Of a stretch of DNA of 64,000 nt, positions 38,062 to 51,798 are shown in pieces; position 1 is the first letter of the stretch; each line of letters begins with the position of its first letter. Source of the DNA: Octopus vulgaris (lineage: Eukaryota); assembly GCA_951406725.2 (NCBI GenBank), contig OX597815.1, positions 205,158,001 to 205,222,000 of the forward strand. Direction: 5' to 3'. The notes under the pieces were generated by a model. The model had not been told where the DNA came from and made no database searches. It worked only from the letters and a program-made list of their open reading frames with translations. A program made the translations under genes and the position numbers.

Positions 38062-38324
38062 CGTACGATGGGCTTCGTTCAGTTTCCGTCAACCAAATCC
38101 ACTCACAAAGTTTGGTCGGTTCGATGCTTTAGTAGAAGACACTTGTCCAAAGTGCAACACAGTGGGACTGAACTCAGAACCATGTGGTTGAGAAGCTAGC
38201 TTCTTACCACATAGCCATGCCTGGGTTGTTTACGTCCCAGTAACTTAGCGGTTCGAATAAGAGACAAATAAAATAAGTACTAGACTTTAAAAATAAGTGC
38301 TGGAGTCAATTTGTTCGACTAAAC

Positions 38325-38543
38325 CAGTGGTTTTCAAGCAGGGTTCCGCGGAACCTTAGGGTTCCGCCAGTACAGTCCAAGGGTTCCGCAAGAAGTTACA
38401 AAACTGCTAAAATCGACAGTAATTTTTAATTCTCCTGTGCAGATATGTGTGCATAAGACTATTAAATTATTGCACAGGGGTTCCTCGAGCCAGTGGAATG
38501 TTCCCTTGGGGTTCCGCTCCAGCAAAAAGTTTGAAAAGCACTG
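38325..38543. mobile_element. hAT (Charlie-like) MITE inserted in a SINE A tail
   Basis: TIRs CAGTGGTTTTCAA and TTGAAAAGCACTG. Perfect 8-bp TSD GACTAAAC. Confidence 0.92.
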
Positions 38544-38609
38544 GACTAAACCCTTCAAGGCGGTAAATACACCGTGGTCGCAGTCTACTGACTGAAACAA
38601 GTAAAAGAA

Positions 38610-38641
<32 letters not shown>

Positions 38642-38974
38642 GCAAATGTAAATGCTTGCTAACGAAATCATTTTTATCAGCATCTAAACATGTAAACATC
38701 TTTAACACACAGTGACCTGTGTGTAAAAGATGCATGCATTCTGTTGTTGAAAAATAAACATGACTTGCAGTGGAATGTTTTAAGGCAGCGCCAGATAATT
38801 GTGTCTGCATTGCTAAATGTACATCCTTCTTATTCAAAACATATTTTGCTAAAACTCGCAAACGTGTGTAACATATTTGTACTTGAGTGCAAGGAAAGTT
38901 GTACACGAACACTATCCACCATACCGAACCCAACTTCACACTCTCTCACACACACAGGCACGCACACACACACA

Positions 38975-39043
<69 letters not shown>

Positions 39044-39065
39044 GCGCGCACATATCTCTTTCGCT

Positions 39066-39469
39066 TTTCTCTTTTACTTGTTTCAGTCATTTTGACTGCG
39101 GCCATGCTGGAGCACCGCCTTTAATCGAGCAACTCGACCCCGGGACTTATTCTTTTTTTAAGTCCAGTACTTATTCTATCGGTCTCTTTTGCCGAACCGC
39201 TAAGTAACGGGGACATAAACGCACCAGCATCGGTTGTCAAGCAATGCTAGGGGGACAAACACAGACACACAAACACATACATATATACATATATATACAT
39301 ATATACGACGGGCTTCTTTCAGTTTCCGTCTACCAAATCCACTCACAAGGCATTGGTCGGCCCGAGGCTATAGCAGAAGACACTTGCCCAAGATGCCACG
39401 CAGTGGGACTGAACCCGGAACCATGTGGTTTGTAAGCAAGCTACTTACCACACAGCCACTCCTGCGCCT
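39066..39469 (-). mobile_element. SINE family A, full length
   Basis: Near-identical to 94-537. Confidence 0.9.
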
Positions 39470-41009
39470 ATATATTTCGTTTTATCGAAACTTAGACTTC
39501 GTATTTCGTGAAACATTGGTGAAAGAAATGTGAAATATCAGTTTCGGATAATAGAATATACCAGAACTATATACTTTACTTTTGGTATCGAGCACTCCTT
39601 TACCTTCTTATACCAATGTGATTGCATGCACACATACGCACGCATACACACACACACGCGCACACACACACGCACGCACGTACGCACACACTCGCACGCA
39701 CGCACACCAATACACACACATAGGTATGCACAAGCATGTCAGATAAAAATGAAGTTAAGCGCCCAAGGGAACATCTGTGTGGTCTCTCAGCATGCCTGAA
39801 ATAGTAACCAAATCTCCCTCAACGGAAGGCTACATTGAATAATGTAATCCCTAGTTACTCTGTACGTACCTAAGAAAAACGACGAGACGGTAATGGCGGA
39901 AACATCTTTGATCGTAAATCTCCCCTATTAGAGTTGATCTAGAACAAAACAACAGCGACAGCATAGGGATCTATAAAAGATATATTGTGACAGTAAACAA
40001 CCTTTAAAAGGGTTACTGGCCTATTAACTTCAGCATGCACACATTTATTAGAGCGTGAGAGCCTCGGAAGTCCCTTGAGTGTTTTGATCGGGATTTAAAG
40101 GATTTAGAAGCATTATTGTCGTTATCTAATGGCGGAAAGGACTGTCACGTGATCGTCATATGGACACCATTGAAGGAGGATGTTGGAGGGTGGTTACGAG
40201 TCGATTCGTCTTCGTGCTGTTATGTCCTTTCTGTTAGAGGCACAAAGCCTGAAATTAGGTCCCCCAGTACTCGACTGGTACTTTATTTTATCGACCCCTT
40301 ATTCGTCGTTGTAATATCGATTATTACACCCATATAGTATAGATTATTAAAACTAGTATAAAGCTACAAATTTCTCGCAGTGTCTTTCACACACACATTC
40401 ATACTCACACATGTATAAACACAGAAATTGACTCGAATTCTACCGACTTCGAGGGGATTTCTTGGCGAACGTAACTAAATACCGCAGAATAACTATATTT
40501 AAAAACTATGTTAATTATATTTAATAATTATGTTATGCTGCAAAACCCCCTAAATATAACGAATGCCTTTTTCGTGACACGAATACTTTTAAATTCCCCA
40601 AACAGTTTCCAGATTTGAGAATATCTTAGTATGACTTTCAGTAGCCATAATGAAAACGAAAGCCAAAACAGTTTAATTAATTTGCCGGAGGAATAATCTG
40701 TTGGTAATTTCTTTTAAGTCTTCTTTAATAAGTAGTTTTCTACTAACTTTTTGTTCATTATAAGGTTTTAATTTTATTGCCAAAATAAATACATATGGTT
40801 GGTAGAAATGCTAGAAAATTTTGTAGAACTTCCTTTTGCCTCTAAGCGTTTAGTTTAAATTTTAGCGTTGACTGACCTTTTATCCCTCCGATGTCGATAA
40901 TTACCAATGCCAGTAGTCTTCTGAACCTGAATCAATCGACTCCACCGTTTCTCTAGAAATATTTGATTTTTGTTTCAAAACTAGAAATCACTAAATATTC
41001 TCATCGAAT

Positions 41010-41643
41010 AGGACGACGATCTGGCAGAATCGTTAGCACGTTGGGCGAAATGCTTAGCGGTATTTCGTCTGCCGCTACGTTCTGAGTTCAAATTCCGCCG
41101 AGGTCGACTTTGCCTTTCATCCTTTCGGGATCGATTAAATAAGTACCAGTTACGCACAGGGATCGATATAATCGACTTAATCCGTTTGTCTGTCCTTGTT
41201 TGACCCCTCTGTGTTTAGCCCCTTGTGGATAGTAAAGAAATAGGTACTTCGTCTGCCGTTACGTTCTGAGTTCAAATTCCGCCAAGGTCGACTTTGCCTT
41301 TCATCTTTTCGGATTGATTAAATAAGTACCAGTTTCGCACTGGGGTCGATATAATCGACTTTAACCCCTTCGTCTGTCCTTGTTTGTCCCATCTATGTTT
41401 AGCCCCTTGTGGGCAATAAAGAAATAAGAATCGTTAGCACGCTGGGCAAAATGTTTAGCGGTATTTCATCTGCCGTTACGTTCTGAGTTCAAATTCCACT
41501 GAGGTCGACTTTGCCTTTCATCCTTTCGGGGTCAATTAAATAAGTACCAGTTTCGCACTGGGGTCGGTGTAATCGACTTTATCCCTTTGTCTGTCCTTGT
41601 TTGTCCCCTCTACGTTTAGCCCCCTGTGGACAATAAAGAAATA
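41010..41643 (+). mobile_element. SINE family B trimer
   Basis: Unit 2 restarts at GGTACTTCG (41243) and unit 3 at AGAATCG (41427). Flanking duplication AAATA.TCT.ATCGAA. Confidence 0.9.
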
Positions 41644-42262
41644 AATACTCTTATCGAAAGAGTGACGGTTTGGCAAAAACGATGTTCCTGCTCTCAGATC
41701 CAGCCAAAGAAAACGACGCTTTTCATCTCTAAATATTTATAAAATAAGTAGGGCGATAAGCTGACAGGATCGTTATCACACAGGGCGAAATGCTTAGCGG
41801 CAATTCGTCCGTCTTTACGTTCTGAGTTCAAATTCTGCCGATGTCTACTTTACCGTTCAGGGTCAATAAAGTAAGCATTAGTTGAGCATTGGGGTTGATT
41901 TAACCAGCCTCACCCCTCCTCCGAGATTTCTAGCCTTGTGCCAAATTTTGCAACCAGTATCTATAAAATAAGTACCAATCATATAATATGATTCCAGGTC
42001 AGTTTATTGCATTTCTCCTTTACGATGGAGATAGAATATCGGATTAAATGCCTAACAAAGTTTAGTTTCGTCTCTATATTTTGTATTCGAATTTCATTGG
42101 AGTGAAATGGGCTTTGTTTTTCATCTACCTGTGCCAATCTGAGGAACCATTATTACAATTGTCGTTCATAGTTCGAGAGACATGAATAAAAGAACCGACC
42201 CCAGGAGTAACGATAAACTTGAAATATTCTATATTCTCTGGTTTAGACACTTGACTATGTAT

Positions 42263-42492
42263 CTATTTCTTTACTACCCGCAAAGGGCTAAACACAGAGA
42301 GGACAAATAAGGACAGACAAACGGATTAAGTCAATTATATCGACCCCAGTGCCAAACTGATACTTAATTTATCGACCCCGAAAGGATGAAAGGCAAAGTC
42401 GACCTCGGCGGAATTTGAACTCAGAACGTAGTGGCAGACGAAATACCGCTACGCATTTCGCCCGGCGTGCTAACGTTTCTGCCAGCTTGCCC
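42263..42492 (-). mobile_element. SINE family B monomer
   Basis: Reverse complement of the family B unit. Confidence 0.9.
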
Positions 42493-43766
42493 TAATCATA
42501 ACCCTAATACCTTCGCACTGACTTAACCCCTTTTTATCGCTTCTCGCCTCCTCCACAACAAACTATTAGCGTCATATTTTTTTCCTTTAGGAAATCTCAT
42601 TCATTCTAAATGGAAATTATTGTCGTCATTTTGCTCAAGGACCATAAACTGGGTCCTTTTCCTATGAAAACAGAATTTCAGAACTCGTACCGTAAGTCTT
42701 CGAGTATAATCCCCATTTTTTCCATAAAATTTAAAGGGTCAAATTCCCTAGTGAAAAATAGTGATCGAGTAGTCATGAGCAAAGGCGTTCCATCTATGGT
42801 CATCCTGTCTTTTTATTCAAACAGTGTATCCAAGACAACAGTATATTATTATCCAGTGAGTACTACAATTTTTGAATGACTGTGGGTAGTGATTTGAAGG
42901 CGATTTGGCTACTATTTCTAGAAGGTAGCACGTTCACAGTGAGTCTTCCTCTGTTGACTTGTGTGGTTTCCCCTATTCCCACTGTTCTCATATTGCTACT
43001 TTGAAGACCTGATTAATAATTAACTTGAAGGGTTACAGTGTTTTCGTAACACCTCTAGGGATAATTAAGATATCTTTTTACATCTTGCTGAAACTTTCGT
43101 GATTTCTTCGTTCTCATGGTGTTTATGACAAGAAGAAACTAAAAACCACCTTTTTGATATGCAGTCAATCTAGACTGACATTTATTGACTTCACCCTTGC
43201 TCCTGCTCTAATTTCATCTAAATATGACCTGGTCGCGAATTTATGTACGTGCATTGGTCTGTTTTAAGAACGGCAAACGGTTCCTTACTTAAACCCCACT
43301 CTGTCTTCTTAAGTATAACATAACTGTTTCAGATATCTCTTCAAGGTCACGTGGAAGTTAGTATATTAATAACTAATCCATGATATTGCTATACAGTGTA
43401 GCAGTTGTAGCGAAACAATCAGGAAATGTTTGATCGATTCTGACTCTCCAGCAAATTGTAATTCCACTTAGAGAAATGTGTTTGTTGCTCTAAAACAGAA
43501 TCCATCTTCCACAGATTTCTAAAAATATTATTGAAGCAGGAAATCAAACGAGGCTCATAATCCTATCTAGTAAAGACACAAAATCTGAAATTTAGGGGCA
43601 CTCAATTGGTACTTAGTTTATCGACCCCGAAAAGATGAAAGACAAAGTCGGCTTCGGCGAAAATTTTCATTCAGAACATAAATCCGGAAGAAATTTACAA
43701 AGCATTTTGTCCGGCACGGTAACGATTCTGCCAGTTCGCCGCCTTAAAAACGAAATTTATAATGCA

Positions 43767-44164
43767 CTAGCAGTATCGCCCGGCGTTGCTCGGGTTTGTA
43801 AGGGAAATAACTATATAAGCATTTTTAGAGATGTAAAGTATAATAGCCATCTCAATATGGCTAACCACAAAGGGGGGGGTGTTACTGTAGCTTTTTACGT
43901 TCTGAGATTTAATAATAAACTTTTAGAGAGTTACTTCCCTTATATATGCCAAAAATGCATTAAAAATGGGAAAAATTGATGGTAAATTTTTTTTTTTAAT
44001 CGTAGACTCATCGTAGACGCGCGTTAATACCCAGAAGGGCTCGATATGAATCACGACTCTAAGATACCCGCTTTTGGTTAAACTGCACCGCAAAATGTGG
44101 GAGTAGTTAGGAATCTAAATCGTAGGAGACAGACAGCACACCACCTCACTTTTATATATAAAGA
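43767..44164 (-). mobile_element. Non-autonomous Helitron (5' type 1) carrying a foreign ~90-bp insert
   Basis: Same termini as 36931-37431. The insert lies at ~43831-43920. Confidence 0.9.
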
Positions 44165-44768
44165 CGTATAATATTCTGTTGAAATAGTGATTCTTAAAGC
44201 CGGTTCGCAAATATCTTTGAGAAAGGTATAAACGTCACATACTTTCATACACCTATGTAACCTTTTATCGATATAAAGACGTATAATATTCTGTTGAAAT
44301 AGTGATTCTTGCTTAAAGCCGGTTCGCAAATATCTTTGAGAAAGGTATAAACGTCACACACTAACATACACACATATATACATATATATACATATATACG
44401 ACAGGCTTCTTTCAGTTTCCGTCTACCAAATCCACTCACAAGGCATTGGTCGGCCCGGGGCTATAGCAGAAGAAACTTGCCCAAGATGCCACGCAGTGGA
44501 CTGAACCCGGAACCATGTGGTTGGTTAGCAAGCCACTTACCACACAGCCACTCCTGCGCCAATAAGCAAACAAAATACGACTGTTAATGAAGAAAGTTCT
44601 AAATTCGTTGGTAAATCGGAAGGAGATTAAAGATTGGAGTAGCGGGAATTCTAGAGTGCCATATTGAATCCATTGAGACATTTAGTTAAGGTTTCTTTAC
44701 GATGTTGGGGGGACAAACACAGACACACAAACATATACATACATACATACATACATACATACATACAT

Positions 44769-44840
<72 letters not shown>

Positions 44841-45006
44841 ATACATACATACATACATACATACATACATACATACATACATACACACATACACACATAC
44901 ACACATACATGTTCTATTTCTATTCCTGAGCGCCATACTAATACATTTGTTTGTTTGTACTCCACCTGCCTTCGTCTTTTGTTTATTTTCGTAAACCTTC
45001 CCGTTG

Positions 45007-45063
<57 letters not shown>

Positions 45064-46075
45064 CATACACACACACATATATATATATATGTAATCCTGC
45101 CATTACCTATTCGGGTGTAGATTAACTTCTAGTATCTGTATCTCGAGTGACTTTAACGAAATGCGTTCTGCTGCAAGCGTTCGGGACCAAGTGCACACAC
45201 ACACACAAGAAACGGGATTGTAACGGTTTTAAAATGCCTTTGATCACATATTTGCTCTGTCAGGGTTTTACCTGGAGCTAAAAAGAATAACAAAAGAAAA
45301 AAAAAATTAGAGATATGAATGAAGTAAGTTTTAAAAGTATTTACCGGAGAAAGTGGGGCTTAACTTATAGACACCTTCCCAACATATTTACGGCCTTGGA
45401 AATCAATAGAGAAGATTACATTGACACGAAGTTTATGAAGAGATTCCACATATTTTACCTCCACATGCATTCATTTATCTATTTTTTTTTTCTATATAGT
45501 TTTTTCTTAATGACCGAACTTTTTAACTTCTCATTAATGTCCCACCAAATCAGTAGACCCCAGCAAAGAAACCCTCTACAATCAGATAGGGCGGGCTATA
45601 GAGTTTCAGTTGACTAGTTTGTTCGAAAATGGTATTTAACCGTTGACTCTGCTGTGTACTGCAATTAGAGCGAGAAGTCAAAACACCACGTCTTTTTATA
45701 ACTGTGTCATGCATGAAAATATGATTAACGAGATATATCAAATTTACATGTAAGCACACACACACACACACACACACGTATACACACATACGCACTCATA
45801 CACACGTACACACAATCTTACCCACATTAGACGTACGGAGGCATTCTTGCCTGTGTTATTAAGAAGTTCGCTTTGCAACCTCACGGTTCTGCTTTCGATC
45901 TCACAGCACGATACCCTTGGCTAATGTTTACTATTATATTCTCGGTTTAACCGATACTTTGTGAGTTGAATTCCGTTGGGGGAGACCATGTGTTCCTCTC
46001 TTTTACATCCTTAAAATAAGTCCAATAAAGATGGGCTCCCGCTTTTTAAGCGGCCTATTGGCTGAGTCGTTAGAG

Positions 46076-46276
46076 CAGTGCTTTTCAAACTTTTTGCTGG
46101 AATGGAACCCCAAGGAAACATTCCACTGGCTCGGGGAACCCCTGTGCAATAATTTAATAGTCTTATGCACACATTTCTGCACAGGAGAATTAAAAATTAC
46201 TGCCGATTTTAGCAGTTTTGTAACTTCTTGCGGAACCCCTGGACTGTACTGGCGGAACCCTGGTTGAAAACCACTG
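46076..46276. mobile_element. hAT (Charlie-like) MITE, same family as 38325 in opposite orientation
   Basis: CAGTGCTTTTCAA...TTGAAAACCACTG. Perfect 8-bp TSD CGTTAGAG. Confidence 0.92.
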
Positions 46277-46823
46277 CGTTAGAGCATCGGACGAAATGCA
46301 TAATGCTAGTTGTTCCGACACCTTGCGTTCTGAGTTCAAATCCAGACAAGGTCAACTTTGCCATTCATCTCACCAGTGTTGATAAATAAAATACCAGCTT
46401 CGTGCGGTGGTAGACTGGTAGAACCGTTAAAGCATCAGACAAGATACCTTGCTTTACTTGTTCCGGCTCTTTGTGTTCTGAGTTCAAATCCTGCCATGAC
46501 CTATTCGGGTGGTAGAATTAATTTCTAGTATCTCGAGTGACTTTAGCGAAATCCGTTCTGCTGCAAGCGTTCGGGACCGAGTTTCGATTTAAGAATACTT
46601 TCCTTCTTCCCTCCCACAAGCCTCGGAGGCCCTGAAAATGATGATGTGTACCACCTTCCGCTTGACTAAAAGATTTTAAAAAAGGGAATTTCGTTGCTAT
46701 TCTTCAAAATGAAAATAATGTAGTGATCAAAGGTTCAAAAGAGATCTCCGCCCCAGCTCGACTAATTGGAATAAAGTCCCTCATTGACGTACTCCAGCCT
46801 CTGGCCCACATGCGTACTTTCTC

Positions 46824-46892
<69 letters not shown>

Positions 46893-46934
46893 TTTTTCTA
46901 CCACCCTTAAAAAAATTTTTTTTAGACACAAACC

Positions 46935-48256
46935 CCCGCTTTTCGCTTGGAGACTCCTTCGTTTCCCCACCCATGACAGATATCCCACAGTTGTCCACGT
47001 CTCTGTTCATTTAGAAAAGGGCCAAAGAGTTTATTGTGATCCATTGAATCCCGAAATAGAGGACAAATATATGAGCCACAAGCGATGACTGCCACAGCAT
47101 TCTTTGACCTGTATAGATGTGATGCATTCGCCGCAACCATTTTCTACCCAGACATACCGAAGTATTATGCCTGGAATAACCATGTTAAGAAGTGGAGGAG
47201 GAGAAAGCTTGGTGTAACCGTCGCAGGGCACCCACACATTAAAAAAAAAAGTAATGCTCTAGGTCGAGTTTATACGGTCCACCCCCAAAACTTCGAATGC
47301 TACAGTCTCCGGATGCTCCTCCACAAAGTTCCTGGAGCAATGTCATTCAAAGACCTTAAAATAGTATACTCTTTGGTTTGCGAAACATTTCGACAATCCT
47401 GCCAACTACGAGGTCTTCTCGAAGATGGCTGTCACTAGAGTTTATCTCTTTCTGACGCAGCAACCGCATGCACAACTTACCAGCTAAGAAGATTCTTTGC
47501 CATCATGTTGTACCATTGCGCTTTACTGAATCCACGACAGCTTTGGGAAAACCACAAAGACAGCCTTCATGAAGCTCGACGCCTGCATGGACCAAGTGTC
47601 TCCTACTCGGAGTATTACGGCATTTAGGAGACATGCTTAATTCCATTGGGGACAAAAGCTTATCCGTCTATGGCATTCCAACTCCTTAAGCTGAACATCA
47701 CGGCATTTCAAGAGAAATCATTCGAGAAAGAGCATACAACTTGGATGCCCTGAAAAAGCAACTTGATGAAAGTGAACCATTATTGCAAGCTGAGCAAAAG
47801 GTCTGTTTACAATAAAATAGTAGTGTCTACCTTGCAAGGAGAAGGACGTCTTGAGGAATTTGAACCTACCACGACTATGCAATGGTACAAGATTGATTAT
47901 GACTACAATGACAAGTCATGTCCTAGAAGCAACCATTATTGCCGGCTGCTATCGAGGAAAGATCGCATATATTTCACGCATGCCCCTTATTCCCTCAAAT
48001 GTGCCATTTCAATTCAAACGCCTCCAGTTCCGAGTGCGATTGTGCTTCGCTATGACAATCAACAAAGCCCAGGGCCAAAATTTAAAAATCGTGGGTCTCA
48101 ATTTACAAATACCCTGCTTTTCGCATGGACAACTATATGTCGTATGTTCTCGAGTTAGCAGTGCAGATGACTTGTGTATTTATTCTACCAACACTGGACT
48201 TACGTAAAACATAGTTTACCCAGAAGCATTGTCGGCTTCACTTAACAAATGTTGAA
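46935..48256 (+). pseudogene. Helitron RepHel (PIF1-like helicase) pseudogene, frameshifted, with an internal deletion
   Basis: Motifs AWRLLRFPTHDRYPTVVHVSVHLEKGQRVY, LGRVYTVHP..ECYSLRMLL..VPGAMSFKDLK, QLRRFFAIM..NPRQLWE, RNLNLPRLCNGTRL, FKRLQF..RLCFAMTINKAQGQ and FSHGQLYVVCSRV. It has stops and frameshifts, and the Walker A region is missing. Confidence 0.92.
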
Positions 48257-48575
48257 GTGTGCAGTCTGCACAAACATAACAGAGATGGTGCTTTTCACAA
48301 TGAAGCATCTTTCTTTCCATGCACCTTACTTTCTGCAATACGGATACCTCTACGTTCTCATTCGTCATCCATTTCTTTACATCCGTAAGTCTAGGTCATT
48401 TTGGGGGCAATTTTAGGATTTAATTATAATCTAAGCTGCTATTCTATATGTTTTTGGTGACAACAATTTCAGAATTGTTTATCACAAAATGACCGTTTAT
48501 AAAAAAAGAGTTATTTGCTTGACGCTGCTCGTGTGCCGATTCTACCCATGAGAAAGAAACAATGTCACTGTGGGT

Positions 48576-48781
48576 TATAACTACCGGGCAACGCTGGGAT
48601 GTATTTCTAGACATTAGATAAATAAAATCGATAAAGTACCAGTTACACACTGGGGTCGATATAATCGACTTAATCCCTTTGTCTGTCCTTGTTCGTCCCC
48701 TCTATGTTTAGCCCCTGTTGGGCAGTAAAGAAATATATAACTACCGGGCAACGCCGGGATGTATTGCTAGACATCAGATAA
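48576..48781 (+). mobile_element. Helitron 3' terminus (hairpin + CTAG), duplicated around a 5'-truncated SINE B (48627-48735)
   Basis: TATAACTACCGGGCAACGC(T/C)GGGATGTATT(T/G)CTAGACAT(T/C)AGATAA at 48576-48621 and 48736-48781. Confidence 0.8.
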
Positions 48782-49815
48782 TTATATTTCTCGTCACTTC
48801 TTTTCTTTCTCTCTCTTTCTCTCCCTACCCCCTCTTTCTGTGCATGTTATATAGATACATAGAGAGACAGACAGATAGATAATTGCGTGTTTATATTTAA
48901 GCTTGGTATAGGTGCATTCATCTATCCACAAAATCCGTGTAATGTCGATATTCCGAAATTCCAAAATACAAAATTAAATTAAATTTTTAAATAAGTTGTT
49001 ATTTAGTCCCATATCTGCGTTAATTATACAAATCTATGATCAAATGCGTTCCAGCTGTGACCTTCCAGTCATTATTTCGAGGCATAACGTACTTCATTAT
49101 GTTTGACTTGTGTTCTTATATTTAAAACGGTTGGATGTAAGTCGAGGTAGGTTTGACTGTTATTTTTAGCATGTTGACCGAATACACAGAGTCAACCTCA
49201 ATGGCTCATGGAAGGAATTTGTTGAATAGAAAGGTGAAGAGAAAAACAAAGCATGTTGAGTAGAGATTTACAGAAAGCCTACTAAACATGTAAGAAACGG
49301 GAGGAGGACAGAGTGAGCTAACCAAAATGAGAGTGAGAACATTTTTATTGTATCTGCCTCGCTGGAGAGAGGGAATTTCAAAAGGTGGTAGTTACCAGCA
49401 TGAAGGAATTTAAATACATCTGATTCTTGGAGCAATTATGCCCGAGAGGCAAACTCTTACATGACCATGTTTATGTAGCGTCGACGTCGTTGTTGTTGTG
49501 GTATAGGTGGTGGTGGTGGTGGTGGTGGTGGCGACGGTGGCAGTAGTAGTGGTGGAGGTTGGTCGTGGTGGTGGTCGTGGTTGTAATTGCTGCTTAACTT
49601 CGTCTACTCTGATCAAAGTCGGCCCAGCCACAACTGTTCTGTCTATTAGTATATCAACGTGCTTCTGTTTATAGTTTTTGCTCTTGTTTTGTTTTTTAAT
49701 GGTAGGGTATGTGTAGCTGTAATTCTCAAGCACAGGACATTCCGAATGGCGCGTCTATCGATAAATTACCTTTAATTTCTTTTAAGCAGTACGGTCTGCC
49801 TGATGATGAGTTAGG

Positions 49816-50090
49816 GGATCTTTTCCCTTTGAACGGCAGACCGAGAAATTAATTTTTTGTAACAAAGCACTTTCAAACTTCGGACACCGGCAGAATGTGT
49901 CATATAAAACATCTTTTACTCTTAGTGTTGTTGAGAAAAGTTTGTATTTTCAAAGTTATTTCGTGTTAAAGTTGTCGTATTTCGGTAATTTCAATCAATC
50001 AACGACGTGTGTTCAGCTGAATAAAATTACTGCTGTTGTTTAGTTACAAAAAATTAATTTCTCGATCTGCCGTTTAAAGGGTAAAGATCC
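49816..50090. mobile_element. MITE related to 21437-21858 (Merlin-like)
   Basis: TIRs GGATCTTT.CCCTTT.AACGGCAGA.CGAGAAATTAATTTTTTGTAAC. 8-bp TSD GAG(T/C)TAGG. Confidence 0.8.
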
Positions 50091-51409
50091 GAGCTAGGTC
50101 CCATGCGGCCCGCTTCTCCAAAAGGGTTGCCCACGCCAACAAGAATCCTTGCAGATCAAGCGACTGTGTAGAAGATCGTTCTTTTCATCTCGTGCTTGTG
50201 CTGTCTTAAATATAGAAAAAATGTTTCCAGATATTCAGATGGCATTTTTTTTTTTGCCGCCAACCAAACTACAGTTAAACTTTTACATAAATCACTGCAA
50301 TTCTGAGCCACTGTAGCCGATTGCATCTCATTCTTCTGATATATATCTGGCCAGATGAATGCATGTTATATGTTATGAAACAGAGATTTGGAACAACTCC
50401 TGTATATTCCTTTTACAAGAACTCTCTCATTTGGCTTGCTGTATAACTAGACTTGATGATGTGATGCCTCTAAGTTTAGAATAATGGGTTATGCTTAAGG
50501 GCTACACGTTCCAAAATTTAACCACAGATGTAGATTGGTATAACACTTGTCTGAGACGGCCGTGATTTCTGTTAACAGTAGCTTAGCTAGAGTGAAGGTG
50601 AGGGTCAATATGCCCCGGGTGATGCTTTTATGGGGACGGCAATTTCGGATCTGTTGTATAAGCCTGTACACACTGTATTGGCCCGGGTGGAGGGGCAAAT
50701 TCAAAGGTTGCCCCGGATGGTATACACTGTAGCTGCATCACTGCCTGTTAGTTCTGATTTCAATCCCGCTATTATCCAAACAGTTAAAATAGGGTTGTAC
50801 GGTTTTGCAGTAATTGGCAAACTAGTGTTTTGGAAACGCAGATGTTGTTAGGAAACAGTTAACACTTTTAGAAATAATTCTAAGCCATGAATATAAGACA
50901 GAAACAACAGGAAACTTAAAACCTGCTCCGGTGTGGCCAACGGTTTCATGTCGGCTAGATTTTACTCCTTCTTGTCCAACTCGAAAGCGACAATCTGGTT
51001 AAAGCGTGTAAAGCCTTTCATCTTTTCAGTGCCGATGAAATGAAATATTACGCAAATATTGGAATAAATGGTATTGACTGATCACCTCATTTCAAAATTG
51101 CTGGCCTTGTGCCTAAATCAGAAACCATAAAAGACGAAAATCTGGCACAATCGTTACAGTGCCGGGGAAAATGCCTTGCAATATTTGTTCTGGCTCTTAA
51201 CTTTCTGCGTTTAAATCCCGCCAAGGCAAAGATTACCTTGCTTAGTACCAGTTAAGTACAGCAGTCGGTTGCTGGCCTTGCGCCTAAATCAAAAATCGTT
51301 CCTGCCTAACTCGAATAATATCTTTCCCACACATACACCCAAAGTTCCGTTACACACCAACCAGTTTTAAAGATAATCTTATGTGATTTAACATTTTCTT
51401 AATCACAGG

Positions 51410-51798
51410 CTGGGCCGAACTAATATATATAGAGGCCCTAAGCACGGAAACGATTTTGGCGCCTTAATATATAATTCGAAATATAAACAATAATAAACAA
51501 TAAAATGAATTTTTATGTTTCAAAATGAAACAAACCAAACAGTAAGATGGAAATAATATTTATATTTGTATACTTTCACTTTATTTATATTTGAAAAGTT
51601 TTCTCCAACTTTTTTAATTGCAACGCCCTTAATCAGATGCTCCCTATAACATGGTGAACACTTCGAAATTATATTTCCCATCATATGAACCAAAGTGATT
51701 TCTTTTGTGCCGTAAACCATTTACCATTTCTGTGGTGCCTCTCTTCACTTGATGCCCTAAGCACGTGCTTATTTTGCTCAATGGTTAATCCAGCGCTG
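51410..51798. mobile_element. Degenerate hAT MITE
   Basis: Ends CTGGGCCGAACTAA and TTAATCCAGCGCTG. Perfect 8-bp TSD ATCACAGG. Confidence 0.7.

Noticed and set aside
50480-50745. GC-richer stretch with GCCCCGGG motifs, possibly a hAT fragment
   Set aside because: Only one plausible terminus was found and no TSD.
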